From positions 23,870,001 through 23,934,000 of the forward strand of contig CM119376.1 of NCBI GenBank assembly GCA_051294905.1: 64,000 bases of DNA, given 5' to 3'. The position numbers were made by a program, and so were the translations under genes. The notes beneath the pieces were generated by a model that did not search any database, was not told the origin of the DNA, and saw only the letters and a list, made by a program, of their open reading frames with translations. This DNA is from Botryllus schlosseri. Taxonomy: Eukaryota. Within the stretch, counting starts at the first letter, position 1; every line of letters starts with the position of its first letter. Positions 13,701 to 26,130 of this stretch are shown here, piece by piece.

Positions 13701-16700
13701 TGACTCGGTGGTGAATTGAAAATGACTCGACTTGACTCGAGTCAAAACTATAAAAGTGAGATTGACTTGTGACTTGGTTACAACCCTGATGAAATTCACA
13801 CTGTAACAATGACAACTTTGAGTGATACGGTATAATGAATGCAACGATGAAGGTAACTTTTTGTTTGCGGATGCTGCGAATGGTCAACTGAATAACTGTT
13901 GATTCCAAAACTTTTAAATGAAACTAAGATCCACTCCTCGAAATGACAGTGAACATGTCGTCATGATTGTTTTGCAACCAATAAGAATTTTCACTCTCTA
14001 TGAAATGTTTGCTATGAAATCGACATATGTAGGCCTACCACCAGTTTTAGTAATGTTTGTACTCACTGTCATTTGCACATTTTCTGAAAACTCATTTCAA
14101 CTGAAGGATTTTCTATCGATTCTTTAGCGGATACCATGAAATATCAGCAAAAAAGAATGACATCACCAGTTCAATTCGAGCGCATGAAGAGCCCCATTAG
14201 ATCGGAGACTCCCGAAATAGGTAAGCTCAATAGCAGAGGACTGTTTTATGTAACAAATTTTGTGCAGAAAAAACTCTAATGACAGTAACAGACCACTTAT
14301 TATCGTTTTGCCACATATAGAGAGACACCCAATTTGTTTGTGATAGAAAAATGTACCAGAGAGAGAGAGAGATTTATTTCGTGAACCGATGACGCCACAA
14401 TAAATAGAACACATAAATATGTAGTATTTAACAAAAACAAGCAAAATGCTGTGGTGGTAGTTCCAAGTTTCTAGATTCTTGAACCTACCGACGCAGCCTT
14501 CACAATTTTTCAAAATCAACGTCAAGTGTTATAGCTCATGGTATATCCAGACCTGAGCCTCATTCTTATGCTTGACCGTGACAGGTCAAGTGACCCTGTT
14601 TTAAAATCCTTAAGTTTACCACACTGACACAAAATAGCTATACCGATTTAGTCAAAATAATAGCTATGCGGTTTAGTGATGCAAATTTTCTTGCTTGGAG
14701 GTATCATTCAACAATACATCAGATTGCAAATTTGATTCCGATTATTGATTATCCCTACTGAACCCCAAATCATGCTCTGATGAGCAATTTTCCACCATGC
14801 GTTATTGATCCCTTAATTCCTCTCGACAATAGAATGGTACCGTCATTCTCTGTATGCCCATAATGATAATCTGCAGTCAGCGAAACTGGTCGCCAGCACT
14901 AATCTGGATGTGTTTGTGCATTCATTTCAACGCTGTAGATCACAGAAGCCCGGTCCGTTCTCCGCATCACTCCTTGGACGAAACGATGCCAAAGGGTTTG
15001 TTTTCCGCGAAACCAAGAGGGTTGGAGAAACAGAAAAAGGTCCGGGAAGATTCGAGGCCTAAGCCGGTCGGATCTGGGAAGTCGAGTCCCGTGCAAGGAA
15101 TACTAGAGGCGATGAAACAGAGTAACACTGAAGTCGAGTCAAGGTTGATATTATATCTTATTGGGATTTCAGGATTGTTTCACTCCTCAATATGAATACC
15201 AAATACCTATTCATGGCGTTGAAGCAAATTAGTGTGGTTTATTAACCAAACATCTCAAGATTATTTGGAATTCGGACTTAAGATAACTCTGCGCACTGTG
15301 CAGCTGCAAAGTATGTGGTAAACTAGTAGGATAGATAGTTAGATATTGGCTTGGTGAGATATACCTTCACCAATGAATTGTTTCTGATGCAGATACTATG
15401 AACGTCAAGTAATAAACAAGACTTGAACTGTTTTAGAAACCCATCACTTTAATGTGCTGATGATTTTGTAAGCTGTGGTAACTCATTACCAAGCTTGTTG
15501 TGACTCAAGTCGCGATTTTTTGGTGTCTCGACTTGTGTTGAGCTAATTTGTGTATTGACTCGACTTGTGCTCGAGTCATTGCGTGCCTTGACGAAGTCAT
15601 ATGACTCGAGACTCGGATTCCAAAGACAGGTATTTCGTTGTAACTTTTGAAGAATTGTAAAGGTACCATGTTATTGATATTTCGTGCTGGCACATATCAG
15701 TACTGGTACTTAAAACTCGGGCCAGAAACTGTTGATTGAGGAAATTAGTATATTATGAATGCCCAGCATTCGATATCACCAAACCAGACGTGTATAAAAG
15801 TGAATTGAACATCACCTAAACTAGAAACTGATCAGTGAACACGATGACTTGGACTCGACCCTCTGCTCCCCGACTTCGACTCAGACTTGACTCGGTTGTG
15901 AATTGAAAATGACTCGATTTCACTCAAGTCAAAATCATAAAACTGAGATCGACTTGTGGATTTGAACCCGGTGACTTGGTTACAACTTTGCTGATTACAC
16001 TGGGATACCAGAATAAATTTTGTTGAACCTTGCCACTTTGCCACAGCGCGCAACATCCTGTCCGAGAAAAACGCCGGAATGTCGACAAATCACAATCATT
16101 AGTGGACTTCCTATTGGATTCGGATCAACCGAAACCAGTGCCAAGGAAAAAAGGCGGCAAGTCTCCGACGTCGGAATTCGAGGCGAAAATGCCGCCGAGA
16201 AGGTCAACGAGCCCGAGTTTGTCAAAAGAGTTTTCGGGTAAAAAAAGTACAGGTACGAATTGTGTGACACTGTAAAGCCTTGGAGTAATGCGTAATATTC
16301 ACATTTGGAATATTTTCCTGGAATTATGGTTGATTATATCGACGCGTTTCTGAAACGCTCTCTGAACTTTTTATGTGCCTGTGATATTAGCATGAACCGG
16401 ATTATCTTTGGATTATGCCGCTACCATGCAAAATCCGCATATAAAATGCACTATTATCATGCCCGCTTCTTTGGAAGGGATGTGTCTTATCAGATTTGTG
16501 TATTTTAATTTTGTCATTTTTTGATTTCCTTCATTCCCCGCAAGTATTATAAAATTGTTTCCGTCGCATCCAGACTGGGAATGTTCTCTGGATATTTTTA
16601 TTGAAAATTGACACTTGCAGTGTAAGGAAGTAACTATGACATATGATAGTACGTTAACTGTCCTAATATGCGGAAATAAAAATACGGTATCGCTGCCTCG

Positions 16701-19700
16701 GTCAATCTACATTTGATGTCACAGTGACCAGTGAATTCGGCGCTTGGCAGCTTCAAATCCTAGTCGTAACCTACCCTTACTGTAAACCCTAACCCCTAAG
16801 GGCTGTTCGAAGAGATAAAGGTGTAAACATCGCAAGTCTAGGTATGGAATTGCCCCTAACGAAAATGCAATATTACATGCATACCAAGTGCCAAATTCAA
16901 CTCGCTGAATTCACAAGTGGCAGATTCACTTGTCACCGAATATGCAATTCAGTCACTCGCGGCACCGGTTACTTCAGATCTACCAAAGAAACAGAAGTCT
17001 TCCGACTTTTCGGAACCTTACCGGGAGCACTCTTGGGATCACATATCCAGGCCTGAGTCTCCAAGCCGTCATTCGACATTGCCGCAGCCGGAAAGGAGAT
17101 CACTCACGTCGTTGCCTTTTCCGTCGCTCGAATCGAGATCGCTGACTGGAAACGGCACGCAGCCGTTCAGTCTCGATCCGACTCCGAATACGCCATTGAA
17201 AGAAACAAAATCAGGTGGGGTGTTCGACAAAAATTTGACTCGTGTTTTTGTTGCGGTTTTTGACTGCTGGGTCAAAGTAGTCAGTGTTGCTGCAAGTAGA
17301 AGTAGTGATTTCCAGGATATGTGAAAAATAATTCAAGTGGAACTAGAAATTCAGGTCTAAAAAGTACTCGAGATGTCTCAAAAAGGGGATTTGACAAGTT
17401 ACAGATGATCCTAAACATCGCGGCTCGTTTGGCAACTCGGTCAAGGACGCGTGATCACTTAACTCCGATTCTTAGATCCCTTCATTGACTTCCCATAAAA
17501 TATAGGTACGAGTACAAGCTTGCTCTGTATGTTTTCAAATGCATGGAGGGAAGTGCACCAGTGTATCTGCGTGTGCTAGGGACAATCTATAATCCCAGAA
17601 GGGTGTTACGTTCTCGGTCGCATAAACTCTTGTCAGTTCCAAGAGTAGGAACAGCGATCTGCGCGATAGAACCTTTTCTTCCTCGGCTGCCATTCTGTGG
17701 AACAATGTACCAGTTTCTATCAGGTTATCTGACTCATTTAAAAAAAATCAAAACCGCTTCAATCACGCTAGTGTTCGAACTGCAGTAGTGTTCATTCTGC
17801 CATACAACTACGCATGCACTCTCTCTTTTATGCATAACATTGTATTTTATTCGCTCTTGTGTACAGCGTGTAATGGTGTACAGTGTAGTAATGATGTATT
17901 GTTATATTCGGCGCTCTATAAATTATTATATTATTATTATTTTATTGTCTGATGCATCTTAGCAACTGGCACAAAATCTACTTTCTGTTTTTCAAAATGC
18001 AAAGTGTAAAAAATAAAGTAATGTTGAAATACTGTTTTTCCTAAAAATACTGTTCAAGTAGAAATGAAAGTAGTCTAAAAGTAAGGCAACTTGAGTAAAT
18101 AGCCCAAGTCGGCAAAACCGTCTTGCGTACTTCGTTACTGACCACCTCGAGCCTGAAATCCTTATATAGTGCAATCTTTCCATACCTGAATTTTTTGGAA
18201 CAATTTGTGAAAGGAGAAACATGAGCAATTGAGCATTGTACTGTTAATTCTGATTTTACCATTACGATCTAGCAAACTGCGATTTTGTTGAGGCCGTGCC
18301 TCCGAGTGAGTTATTGACCCGGAATCGGTCTTTGTGTTGTCAATTTTAGCCATCGTACTCAAGTGCCCGGATATCTCCAGCTTGACTCATATCAGACATA
18401 TGCGGAATGCTTGAATTTCCCTTTCGGATCCATATACAACTGAAATAATCAACCGCTAGCCATTTTTATATATCATAATCTGTCGATCTTGCCATAGAAA
18501 AAGCCAAATCCAACGAGGAAGCTGACGACTTGCTCGCGTTATTCAATCAAGCCACAAGCGGAGGCACTGTGGATTTTGCAGCTCACAGGGAAGAGAAGCG
18601 TTTGGAAAAGCAGAGATCGAAGTATGTCGTGCCTGAGATTATCCCATTGTCCGATGCTGTCAATTAGGGTGTAGAAAATATGGATATCTTCCGAAATGTG
18701 CCGGTGTTCTACAATGAGGTTTTGATAGCCAAATTTGGGATAAATTATATTCCAAATTGGACCAATTGTTAACAAGTTTGCACGGAGCATTCGTTGTTTC
18801 TACTTTGCCATTGATATCTTTTGAAACGCATAATTACATTGAAATTAATGTCTGTTTAATGTGATAGCATAGGTTTGGCGTAATGTGATATCATGGATCA
18901 GTTGTGGTGCGGCACACACAAATCATCTCGCAATGTTCAGATCCACTATTCACGTCCCCCTGACACGTCCAGTAAGTCGGGGGTTTCAAGGGGTCCAGGA
19001 AAGGCCAATGTTGAAACTATAACTATAAATTAGAAAACTTGAGCCACGTTTACGGCAATCCTGGTTGTGCACTGTGCAGTTAAAAATATTCTCGAACTAG
19101 GTACAGTATCTTTGCTACAGTATTGTGCTGGTGGATCGTTATTTTATAAGCTATCTTTATATTTTGCAGAACTCCCGTCGAGGAAGTGTTGGACAGAACG
19201 GAAGATCAGCACATGCACGGAGAAGTGAAGCAGCGTGCCTCTCGACAAGTAATGGATAACGCTATCGACGTTGTCGCCGAGCATAACGCTAATTCTAACT
19301 TGGTGAGTACAATTGCTTACGATTTCAACAGCAGTTTGTGCAGATGGGAAGTGATACGTTTCCATTCAATTTGTGATATTTCATCGCTTCAAAACGCCAA
19401 CGCATATGGGGTTTAAGAAACTGGAAAACAAATGAAATCAATCTACTTCGTGTATACTGATAAATGCACTCAAAATCACATAGGGTTCGGGCAAGCAGTC
19501 TCATCGTGATGAATGATTCTGAGGTTGGAAATTGGGCAAGGCTGTATAAAGTATTATAGAATTTGTGGGGTTTGGCTAATTCCGATACATGGGGGAGTCG
19601 ACGTGAGTACAATAGCTGTTGAATATTCGATTATCACGGGTCCACACCGATCCCATGTGAAAATCACGAAAGGACATGTGAAAATATTCTCATCCCAGTG

Positions 19701-22700
19701 ATATAAATTGTCAGGATAACGTTAAATTGTTCATGGACAAAAATTTCAATGGGACAATATTGCGCTCGAACCTAGAGAGAGAGAGAGAATATATTCTTTT
19801 TTGCCTGCACCATCGAGATTCTTTGACGATGGAGATGCGATACGACCGTAAGTTCACCTAGTCTGCACCCCCATTTTATTCTCCTTCATGCTATCCGCCG
19901 ATGCTGAGCGCCTACCAGGATAGCTGCGGATACCAGTTTTCGAGTCTTTGGTCAGACCCGGCCGGGGCTTGAACCCACGACCTAATGATCAAGAAGACGG
20001 ACGCATCACCATTACAATATCTCGCACCTAGTTGTGTAGTGAGTTCTCTGGCGAGTGATGGTCCAATGCAACACCGAAAATTATCAGAGTAGATTGAAAA
20101 ACTTTGTTCCAAATTATCAAGTCAAAATAGACCATCTCAGTAACAAGTAGAAATGTTACCTATAGAGTTCTCTCACGAGCACAATGGAAGCGAATGAGAA
20201 ACCGGCCAAGTCAAAGTCGAAGAAATCATTCAAGAAACCGCCCAAAAACTACCAAGGCCTTGGTTCGTTAACGATGCTCGAGGAACTGAAAAAAGCCAAA
20301 GAAAGTGAAGCCGACGAAGACAACACCAACTTCACAACTGAAGACATCAGAAAAAGAGTATATCTGGTAGGCTTTTGGTTTCAGTTTTCTTCATAGATTG
20401 TGATATAAATTATATCTGTTATATACTTTTGGTTTCAGTTTTATTCATAAGCTTTGATATAAGTTTTAAACTACAAAACAACCGAGATTCTTGATACTTT
20501 TGTTACGTTCCGCAATTCTCACAAACAGGATGTGCTCACGATAAGCTGTCGTAAATTTTCTATATGATGCAAATACCTTCTTTGTGAGCACTAATTCATG
20601 GTGCTTCACGGCTGTACGAATTTTAACACTGTACTTTGAATAATTTAGTGCATTCATGCAACTGAATCGTTTCCAGATATACGAGTGTCACATTTCCATT
20701 GTAAACTTATTAAATCACAGCTTTTCGATAGCTTGTTGCGGAAATTCACTACTCAGGTTCAATTCGATAGCCGGTTCGACCCAGTTGGTATTTTTGAAAT
20801 ATACAATTGACTGGGCCTGGTTTGAATCCTAGACACAAACCAATCCAAATTATGCAGGAATGGCTCGCAAAGAGAGAGCAGGAAACTAAAAAGAAAAGGA
20901 AAGAGGAGACGCAGAAGAAAAAAGAGGAGGAGGAGAAGAAACAGAAAGAAAGAGAGGAAAAGGAGATGGAAAACCAATTGGTGAGAAGAAAGTGGGATGA
21001 GGTGAAGAAGGTAAGAAATCGAATGACCTGAAACCAGAGTTAGTCAGTTATCAAGTACTGCCTGCCTGCACCACCAAGTGGACATGATTTTAGACTACAG
21101 TACTTCCACCCTACTTAACAGTGTTTGGGCGAAATTACTTGTAAAAGAGAGAAAGTGGTTTGGCATAAGTTAACATCACTATTATGAGTGAAGTTGTCAT
21201 ATCCCCTGTATCACATAAATATGTTTGAAGATTGCACCAATTTGTTGCATTAGTAGTCGTTTTGCGCAAAAAGAATGTGACCCTTTCACCAAGTCTACTT
21301 TTTGAAAGTACGTACTTCAGTACATGTCAGGCCTTTCATTTTCTACTTCTATTGTAATAGTTTTTACGTGTCTTAAGAATCGCTACTTCTACTTGAGTAG
21401 AAATTTAAGGCGTTACTTTCGAAAGCAATCACCTCCGTTTGACTATAGCAGGGGCGGGCAACCTGCGGCCGCAGAAGGAAATTTGTGCGGCCGTCGACAC
21501 GTAATTCAATTAGTATGTGTTGGCGGCCGTCGACATGCAAATTGAAATTACGGATTCACTCCCGAATTTTTGAGAAATATTAATTATTCTTGAAATTTTC
21601 TTCGCGCTTCACTCGATTTAAAATGCGACTTCATTTTTCGATTTTAATACAGTAGTGCCCTTTGCAATCTGAGCCAGAATTTGACTCGTGTGCTACTCAC
21701 AGGAGAAATTTGTTTCAGGTGCCTTTGGGCGATTCCAATATATTTCCACTATACCGACAATCCTGGTGGGGGCCAAGAAATAGCAGCATGCAACGAAGTG
21801 ACTAATAACAATTGACCCACCCGAAATGCATGTTCATTGTTCATTTATAACTTGCCCTAAATTTTCGAAAACACGCAATCCATCAACTCTACCGGTGAAT
21901 CTGATCACATTGGCTGAGAAAGAATATATAGTCGATGGGAATATGTGATACTGCTACCATTAATGATAGTATCCATTCGTTAACCTGAAGTGCAACCATA
22001 TTCAATCCCAGTGACTATTCATGACAATACCACTCGCGATTTCGGTGCGTATAATAGGCCAATAAGAAAATTAGAATAGTCCGGAGTTCACCGGGAATGG
22101 ACATTGTCGAAATGCGGTCGTGATTGGCAAAAAGGACTATATAGATTACTAACTATCAGTGTTGGGATCAAGTCACTACCTTCGAGTCACGAGTCATTTC
22201 AAGTCATTGCACATTTTGACTCGAGTCAAGTCAAGTCAATCGATTTTCGAAGGTGACTCGAGTCAAGTCAAGTCACTCGATTTTTGGAGTTGACTCGAGT
22301 CAAGTCGAGTCAAGTCAAGTCAAGTCACGAGTCAAGTCACAATTCGAGTCAAGTTGCCTTTTCGAAGTATGAGGCATGATAACGTCATTGCATTTTGCTA
22401 GCTGTCTGAAATACAGATTGAGTGTTCCATGATTTTGAACCGATGAACGAATATAGAGTTAAATATACACGCTGAACTACCTAAATAATTGCATGGCCTC
22501 AGTTTGTAGTTACCAGCCCAAATATAGAATAGAGAAACGGATTGATAAGATGCAATACAGTACCCCTTTACAAATTGATATGATACAATTCGAGCCTGCG
22601 CCAATGTTTGAGGACTATATAAACTAAATCCCAATTCAATTTTAATAAAACAAGAGGTTTGGCTGAGGTAAGAACAGAGAACAGAAATAGACATTTTGCC

Positions 22701-25700
22701 TTTAAATTACTTTACTATACTAGTTTACGACGACGTAAGCTGTAAACTTTGATCACTCCGTTCGCGGTCAATTTATTTGTGAGAGTACAATGGAGGCCCA
22801 GTAAAACGCACGATCATTAAATGATTGGTCGCTCTCACGGGCTACAACAGCCTTTCACGAACATTCCAAACATATGCCAGATACAGTGATTTTTATCGAC
22901 ACCGATTACTTGATGACTTGAAATTGACTCGTGAATTTTGCTCCGAGTCACGAGTCAATCCACATTTTTGATACGCCGAGTCAAGTCAAGTCATTTTAGC
23001 AAAGTGACTCGAGTCAAGTCAAGTCATACGAAAAAGGTGACTCGAGTCTGACTCGAGTCAAGTCATGACTCGAGTCATCCCAACACTGCTAACTATAGAT
23101 GCGCAACGTCACACTTGAATGCCCAGAGAGGTCTGCTGCTGATACGGCTAAAATCAGCATAATTAGTGGCCCTATAACTGGCAACCAGAGCGCTCAAATT
23201 TAATAAAAACTGGTCGTAATCGAAAACTAGTGTCGCACTGATTCCGAAAATACAAATTGAAGTCTGGTCAGGGCAATTCAACCACTGCGAAACAGGAATT
23301 GCCACTTCTTCTTCTGCTTGAATAGCAACGCTTACTACGTTGACCACCACTCCCTGAAACGATGGCATCACATGACCTTCTGGATTTTAGGAACAACTCA
23401 AGGAGAAAGAAAGAGAGAAGAGGAGAAAAGAAAAGCTCGACAGGGAAGCACAAGAGAAAAAAGGGAGGCAGAAATTAAAAAGTCAAAAGGTGGGTTTCAG
23501 TAATGCCCAGATCCGCCGAATCCCGATAATTTCAAAACGCTTGAACCAGGACGCGGAACGGCGGCGCGAAGTGATGAAGGAGAGAGCGAAGAAGGAGCAT
23601 CAGGAGAAGATGAAGCAGAAACGGAAGGAGGAGGAGAAACAGAGAAGGGCGGAAGAGCAGCAGAAAAAAGAAAATGAGAAAGCTCTCGACAAGTGGTACG
23701 GTCATGACGTTGTTTTTCTCTCCGTTTTCAATTCTAGGCAATCCTGTATTTGGATCTGGCTGATTCTATGAATTTGGTCAAATTACTAGCGATATAATAC
23801 GTTTCTACCTACACTAGAAAGTCTGTTGTGTTTGTGTCCTGTGTAACTTATTGGTTTCAGGGGAGGTCTGTCGCAGCTGAAAATACCAGTATATATCTAA
23901 ATATCCGGTGAATATTTTGCAGTTTCCAACACTATGACGCAGATGAGTCATGCCGTGGATATTCTGGTCCCTGGCAAGAATTGATTGATTTCCAAATATT
24001 TTGTGTGTGAGTTGCGGTATCATCTGCAGTTGCTACTAAGTCAGGACGCCGTTATCAATGCTTGGCAATCCTGGCTTTGTGAATTTGGTCTAACTGATAA
24101 CAATCCATTACGTTTCCACTTGCAACGGAATGTATATTCCGTATCTATATTCTGTAGGTTATTGGTTGTAAGTAAGGGGTCGGTCTGAAAATATCTAAAG
24201 TCTAGGTGAATAATTTGCAGTTTCCAATACCTTCATGTAGATATGAGTCATGCTGTGTATGGTCTGGTCCCTGGCAAGAATTTTCATATATTATGTGTGT
24301 GTTTCAGCATCATTTACAGTTGTTATTAATCCACGATGATTGTTAGTATTTTCTTTGTATAACCGAACATCATGCACCGCACTCCTACACTTGTGGTCGT
24401 CTATGGATAGTAAGGCCTATCATTTTGAAATATATTCAAAGGCATGGCCTTGTTTTTTTCTTCCAGCCAATGTCATAAGTCCATGATTTGGATAATAATT
24501 CATTCCATCTATTATTGTATAAACCTTCAATTTGATGCAAAAAGATTAGTAATTCAACAGAGTGGTGCATTTTTAAATCTGTTGCCGTATCTAAGGCTGT
24601 AATGCAGGATATCTATTGCCCAGTTGCTATGACACTTTGACATGCTCAACCCATGCCGATAAATCCATAAAGTAACACCAACTGGAAAGAATTTTGACTA
24701 CAAAAGCAATTAAACAAGAAGGAAAATGTAGTGCCCACTGGCTGGCTGTGAATATGGCGCAAAATTACTCGTTTCTAAAACCACAGCCATTCTTCTGTCT
24801 TCGCGCTAAAGCGGGGACTTAGTAGGTATTTACCGTTTGTCTAGGATGCAGGACAGAAGTGACAAATGGGTGAACGATCGTAAGCAAGAGCAGAAGCAAA
24901 AACAAATGCAAGAGAAAAATAGCAAAAAGGACAAGAAAAAGGCAATCAAGGAGGCTGAAGAGAAATACAAGACGTAAGATTTTTTGCTCCCTGACTCTAC
25001 TTTAGCTTGAGTGTGCCCATAATTACTCTTATAATACAGTATTCGCTCCGGCCGTCATTGTATGTATTAATAGGACGTGTTCGCGTATCCGACAAATATT
25101 CCAAGCTTGAGCTAAGTAGCATATCAAATGCATCGTGCTGGCAAGGATTCCACCACCTACACAAACCAGGGCATTTCCTTCACATATAATACTAATTGTG
25201 CACAATCATTCAACAATTCAAGTACGCGAATAGAACATTGCATTGAGTTGAGTCCGGTAATGAGAGGCTATTTTTTCTAGTACAGTACTAAAATTGTACA
25301 GTACCACTAAGGGCTATAGTACAAACATGACTTGTAGCTTGGATACCATATTCCTGCCATGGAATACTTGAAACCCCAATCGGTTACAGCATCCAAAAGA
25401 TGCAGCACGAAGTTACCCAGTGCCGTAAGTTAGTGGAAACAGTGTTTCTGTCAAGCAGTCATCGACCCAAAGCATTATCGCAAAGCGTTGTGAAGTTAAA
25501 CAAAAGCCAAATTATGTTTAATAACTGTCATTGCGTTATTTTTGGTCGCATAGCAGAGGCTCATGATTGAAACTACCGCTGCTGCCTTACGAGTGATGTA
25601 GTCTTCTACTCTATCTTACCCAGCCCTTGTAACAATCAACAGACCATGCCAACAAATCCTGTCACTTTCAGGTGGAGGGAACGCAAAGACGACCAGCTGA

Positions 25701-25822
25701 AAGCCTCGATGCGAGAGTCCAAACTGAAGCAAAGACGACAATACCTTGATATTGAGGAAGACGAGGAAAACTACCAGCCACCCTGGACGCCGCCCAGCAG
25801 AGTAATTCCCAGAAGGCGGTAG
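10746..25822 (+). CDS. MAP9: Microtubule-associated protein 9 (ASAP)-like, multi-exon; the start codon is provisional
   Basis: The N-terminus FQSELRQTIKQR...EYDDDDYSDD resembles MAP9 FQDELIRAITAR..SEYSDDF. YQGLGSLTMLEE and EDIRKRVYL|EWLAKR resemble YLGTLKVLDQ and DNIRAAVYQEWLEKK. K/E-rich coiled-coil exons with periodic Trp follow, and the C-terminus PPWTPPSRVIPRRR* resembles PPWSPPSR. Confidence 0.85.
13320..13788 (+). mobile_element. hAT MITE family A (GACTCGAGTC-rich), full copy
   Basis: TIR CAGGGTTGTAA...TTACAACCCTG; 8-bp TSD ATGAAATT on both sides. Confidence 0.9.
15503..15990 (+). mobile_element. hAT MITE family A, degraded/truncated copy
   Basis: Same internal sequence and GACTCGAGTC motifs as 13320-13788. 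The right end is GACTTGGTTACAACTTTG and the left TIR is missing. Confidence 0.75.
17405..17945 (+). mobile_element. L2/Crack-clade LINE 3' fragment (decayed) in a MAP9 intron
   Basis: Translation LNIAARLATRSRTRDHLTPILRSLH*LPIKYRYEYKLALYVFKCMEGSAPVYL...PRRVLRS..LLSVPR matches the L2 post-RT C-terminal motif. It ends in GGCGCTCTATAAATT followed by an (ATT)n tail. Confidence 0.85.
19850..20028 (-). mobile_element. tRNA-derived SINE fragment
   Basis: The minus strand has a tRNA-like head with B box GGGTTCAAGCCC, followed by CCAAAGACTCGAAAACTGGTATCCGCAGCTATCCTGGTAGGCGCTCAGCAT. That segment resembles a conserved invertebrate SINE central domain (from memory). Confidence 0.7.
22157..23088. mobile_element. 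hAT MITE family B
   Basis: TIR CAGTGTTGGGA...TCCCAACACTG; 8-bp TSD CTAACTAT; subterminal (GACTCGAGTCAAGT)-type arrays at both ends. Confidence 0.9.
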
Positions 25823-26130
25823 CGCTGCCCCGAACATCACGTTTCGTATACTGTGTAGTTGATATCATGTTAAACTACTTGTCATAGTGATGACCCTTTG
25901 TCTGAGAAAAGTTCTGTTCGCAATTGAGGCTGCAACAGAGCCGACAGTAGCAGTACAATTACATGTATCTGTTGAATTTTATTACTTTCGACCAGTAAAC
26001 ATTTTATACAAAACAAAACCAGCCTGCGTCCCACTTCTGCGTCTAGCGTCAGCAGCTTTCAAATTTTAGGCACGCCGCTTTAGCGTGTGCCATGCGAATA
26101 GATAAAGAAGCAGAGAATATGGTAGTCTGT

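Noticed and set aside
13552-13908. ORFs rich in TRVK/SESKS (also 15832-16056, 38179-38361, 59679-59942)
   Set aside because: These are translations of the GACTCGAGTC-rich MITE, not genes.
22200-23070. CRISPR-like or satellite array of GACTCGAGTCAAGT
   Set aside because: There are no unique spacers of regular length. They are subterminal repeats of a TIR/TSD-bounded MITE in a eukaryotic genome.
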